Origin: Macrostomum lignano
Taxonomy: Eukaryota
Assembly: GCA_002269645.1 (NCBI GenBank)
Contig: NIVC01003644.1
Coordinates: forward strand, 1 to 30,841
Length of the DNA: 30,841 nucleotides
Reading direction: 5' to 3'
Part shown: piece after piece, positions 27,675 through 30,841 of the stretch
How the letters are laid out: every line of letters starts with the position of its first letter
How positions within the stretch are numbered: position 1 is the stretch's first letter
The notes under the pieces: generated by a model
Told to the model about the DNA's origin: nothing
What the model saw: only the letters and a program-made list of their open reading frames with translations
Databases searched by the model: none
Translations under genes and position numbers: made by a program

Positions 27675-29248
27675 GCCCCCGCCCGATGGCGATTTATGAT
27701 CGGAAAATTTGAAAACTGTTCAACTTATTAAGTTAGCACAAAGATAAACAAATTCGTTGTTTCTTATGGAAAACAAAGACTCATGCAACTCTTCATTCGT
27801 CGCTTTGATTTACGTAGTATTACGTAGTAAAAGCCATTGCGTAGTTGGATTCGTCAGTTCTATTTTTTTTCTCAAAAGTTTAGTGTAAACCACAAATACT
27901 AGAATGGCTAGATGGGTCACTCAGCACATTTTCGTGTAAGCTACTTTCAGTTCAGTAGTAAGGTAAACAGAAGCATTTTAATGTATTTTTTAAGCCAAGG
28001 CTCATTTAATTGGCTCTTACCCCGCCCCCCCCCCCCGGCTTAAAACCCGCGGCCCTCCAAACGCACCGTTCCACACTAACCCCCACCCCAATTTTTATTG
28101 CCTTTCTCGGAATTCCAGCCTAAAGCTGCCATGTACATTTCAGTGGACTGGCTAATGTACATTACTGCTGAACCAATTAGCAAGCTGTTTGCGCCTGCAA
28201 GCTTCTAAAATTATCAACGTTATTTCAGCTGCCTCTATTTTTATAAAATAGCTTATGTATTCTTCTTTGCTACTGAACTGAAAGTAGGAAGCTAAGTATT
28301 TTGCCAAGTATTTATGCCTGAGTGGCCCATCTAGTTGTTTTAGTTTCTGTGGAATAAACCAGGCTGGAAATGTTCTGATCTTCCTACACGTATTCTAGAT
28401 TTTATAATACGAGCGCTCGTAGAACCAAATTAACTGATATATATTTTCCAGAAACTAAACGCCTTCTAGGCCTATTTTTTATTTAAAATAAAATACCTAT
28501 CAGTTTTTTTACTTAACATCTGCTTCTAATCGCCCTTTGAAGTTTATGTACCTGTTAAATTCCTAGCTGTATTACATTATCGACTGCACAGCAAAAATTG
28601 AAAGGGAAATTGAGACGTTCATGTGTCTCCTTTTTCTCATACCAACGACTTTATCATTGTTAGCTCGTATTCTCCGCACCACGTGAATTGAGTTATTTCA
28701 ATAAGTACGCGAGTATGATCAATATACCTTACACAGGTCTTGCATGTATAATTCCAGAGCTTAGCATCGATCTACGTCACATTCGGCATTACATGTACAT
28801 GTACAAATAATGCATATCTCAAGGACCACTAGAAGATTCTACTTAAGTAGTCCATGGCATATCTCTGGGCAGACAGGCCTGCCCTGTACTAGAAATGCTA
28901 GACCGCCAAATAATATTATTACCTAACTAAATCAACTAATCGAAATTTAGGAAGTACTACATGTACTTCTCATGCTGCCACACAAATTAGTTTATGTTTC
29001 TGTTATGTCCGACATGACGCTTCTTTTATTTTTACCGGAAGTTTTCTTCGGTTTTCTCGACATTAAAATGCTCATGTAAAAAAGCTTCGTTAAAGAAGAT
29101 CGCCATGTAAAACATAAAAGAAGCAGAGCCGTTCAAAAATCAAAGTCTGTGAAACAAGGAAAAGCATATTTTAAAAGACTTGCCCTTTTGCCCTTTTATT
29201 GCATGGAAATTCGCAAGCAGCGAAGCGGACAGGCAGGAGTTACAGCGG

Positions 29249-29407
29249 CCGGCAGTTACACACCTGCAGTCCTGCAACTGAATGGTCGGCACGCGGCCCC
29301 TGCATCGCCTGTCGCCGCAGGCTGAGGTTCTCCTCGCGCAGCACCTTCACCCGCTCCTGCAGCTGCGCCATCGTCATCGCCGACGCGTCCACGCTGCCTC
29401 CCTCGGC
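29249..29407 (-). pseudogene. Inverted, diverged copy of gene-3 exon 26714-26869 including its donor and first intron bases
   Basis: The reverse complement aligns to 26723-26884 with 30-nt and 36-nt exact matches. It carries an 11-nt deletion and retains CAG|GTG(T/C)GTAACTGCCGG. Confidence 0.9.
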
Positions 29408-29417
29408 TGTAGAGAAT

Positions 29418-29580
29418 ATCTATACAAGGACTGCAAGGACCATGCATACTCTGGATGCTGCTCCGCTTTCCATATGACAAGTCGGAGGGCACTGAGCATC
29501 GACAGCAGCTCCGCCAGAGCGGAGAACACGAGCAGAACAGCAACGAGAATACGCACGGTCCCTGCAGTCCTTGTAGAGAT
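29418..29580 (-). repeat. 50-bp imperfect inverted repeat (29418-29467 / 29531-29580) with 63-nt loop
   Basis: Manual alignment gives 41/50 identical. Confidence 0.9.
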
Positions 29581-30292
29581 GCTTGGAATGGACAGAGCTG
29601 GCTTTGTTAGTCGGAGTGGATTGATGAGCCTCACTGTGAGACATGCACACTCATATGTACAGTATATAGTGCTGGGAAGAGATAAGCATTGGTGTTCTCC
29701 CATACATCACGCCTCCGTGTGGGATAAATCTCAGTGAGTGGACCGGAAGGTGAGCACCCTGTGACTTGCTGCTAGAAGCAGATTTACGAGCGAGGCTGAG
29801 CGGGGTTGTTTGACTCGACCTGCGTGGGGTGGGTCTGTGTCTGTGGCACTGTCCGGTAGGTAGCCGTGCTTTTTCTACGCCTTTCAAACCTCGCTTTGTG
29901 CTCAGAATCGCTCGTTCTTGCTTAGGGCGTTGAATTTTTGCACTCCTGAGTAGCACCTCCGGATTGCACATGCCCGAGACTGCAAAAAGTCTAAAGGCTA
30001 GTGGAAATAACTTGAAATAATTGAAATAGTTATATCCTCAATAATGATCGCGAATCATCAGCGAAAGCTACTGAGAAATGAGAGTAACTCGTAGCAATCA
30101 AGTAAGGAAAGAGTATTTACGAGTCTCTTTGTGCCAAAAAAATAATAATGCGCCATATACTAATGAGGTTGTTGGATATAGGCATCTATATGTGATAGAT
30201 TTCAGAAAAAACGGCGCAACCAATTTTCACGAAACTTGCTGCCGTTGAAATATTTCCTCCTAAATCATCTCAGTCTATACCCAGTGGCAAAG

Positions 30293-30326
30293 CCGAGCTC
30301 GGTCCGAGCTCGGGCCGACGTCGGCC
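30293..30326. repeat. Three adjacent palindromes CCGAGCTCGG, CCGAGCTCGG, GGCCGACGTCGGCC
   Basis: Read directly. Confidence 0.85.
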
Positions 30327-30719
30327 ACTCGGCATTCTACCTCGAAGGTACGTGAAGCCTTTTTTACACTTTTCACGTACTCTCATTATAAAAACTACAT
30401 ATCATTTCTTGTTCGTTCTCTCGACAAAAAAACAAGTTTACGCACTTAGAGCTCTTGCTTCGCTTTACCTTCACAAATAAAAACCAACTGCTGAACCATT
30501 CGATCAGAAAAATTGTCTCGTGGCAGTACTATACGTGTCGTGTGACTATAATAATTAAATTGCTCAGTGCTAAAAGGAATTAAATACTCGAAAACATATG
30601 CTTTTTGTAAAGATCAAGCAGATTTTTCGACTTACAGTGCATTGTATGTGTTCTGTTGTTGAATTAACGAACGCAGAAACAAGATAGATAATTATCGGGC
30701 GCTCAGTGGCACCAAAAGA

Positions 30720-30760
30720 GGGGTTGGCCAATAGGAGGGCGGCTCGTATATTTATGCACG
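30720..30760 (+). promoter_or_regulatory. Possible promoter: CCAAT box, GC box, TATA-like TATATTTA in order
   Basis: GGCCAATAGG-GAGGGCGG-TATATTTA clustered in ~35 bp; no downstream gene is visible in the window. Confidence 0.25.
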
Positions 30761-30841
30761 CGGGGAAGGAAAGTTCTAGAAAGACCGGGGAAGGAAACTT
30801 CTGGAACTATGCGTAAACAAGTCCGCGGTGGAAGTTTCTAG

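Noticed and set aside
27700-29200. RNA genes or a transposase in the AT-rich region after gene 3
   Set aside because: No tRNA cloverleaf, rRNA/snRNA signature or ORF recognised; probably 3' UTR and intergenic DNA.

Overview
Eukaryotic (animal) genomic DNA with GC-rich spliced exons separated by introns that almost all carry their own mini- or microsatellite (about 26 distinct arrays). This style suggests a flatworm such as Macrostomum, but that is inference only. I reconstructed by hand two multi-exon + strand genes. Gene 1 (~979-7042) encodes a Mab-21/cGAS-like receptor (cGLR)-type protein whose nucleotidyltransferase catalytic motif looks degenerate and which has a long C-terminal extension. 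Gene 3 (10793-27674, 19 exons, all splice phases compatible, ~1330 aa) encodes a protein with a disordered N-terminus and a long coiled coil. Weaker signals are a fragmentary gene 2 (~8804-10554), a possible nested antisense gene with ~31-nt introns (~16640-17135) and an inverted copy of a gene-3 exon next to a 50-bp hairpin (29249-29580). Nearly all coding lesions are 1-nt indels in short base runs, which points to long-read consensus error rather than pseudogenes. Most long ORFs in the supplied track are translated satellites. I found no rRNA, tRNA, CRISPR array or autonomous transposon. The most interesting items are the putative pseudo-enzyme cGLR, a 21-bp satellite that reads as a perfect coiled-coil heptad exon, introns built from repeats that contain their own splice sites, and the inverted-exon/hairpin locus.
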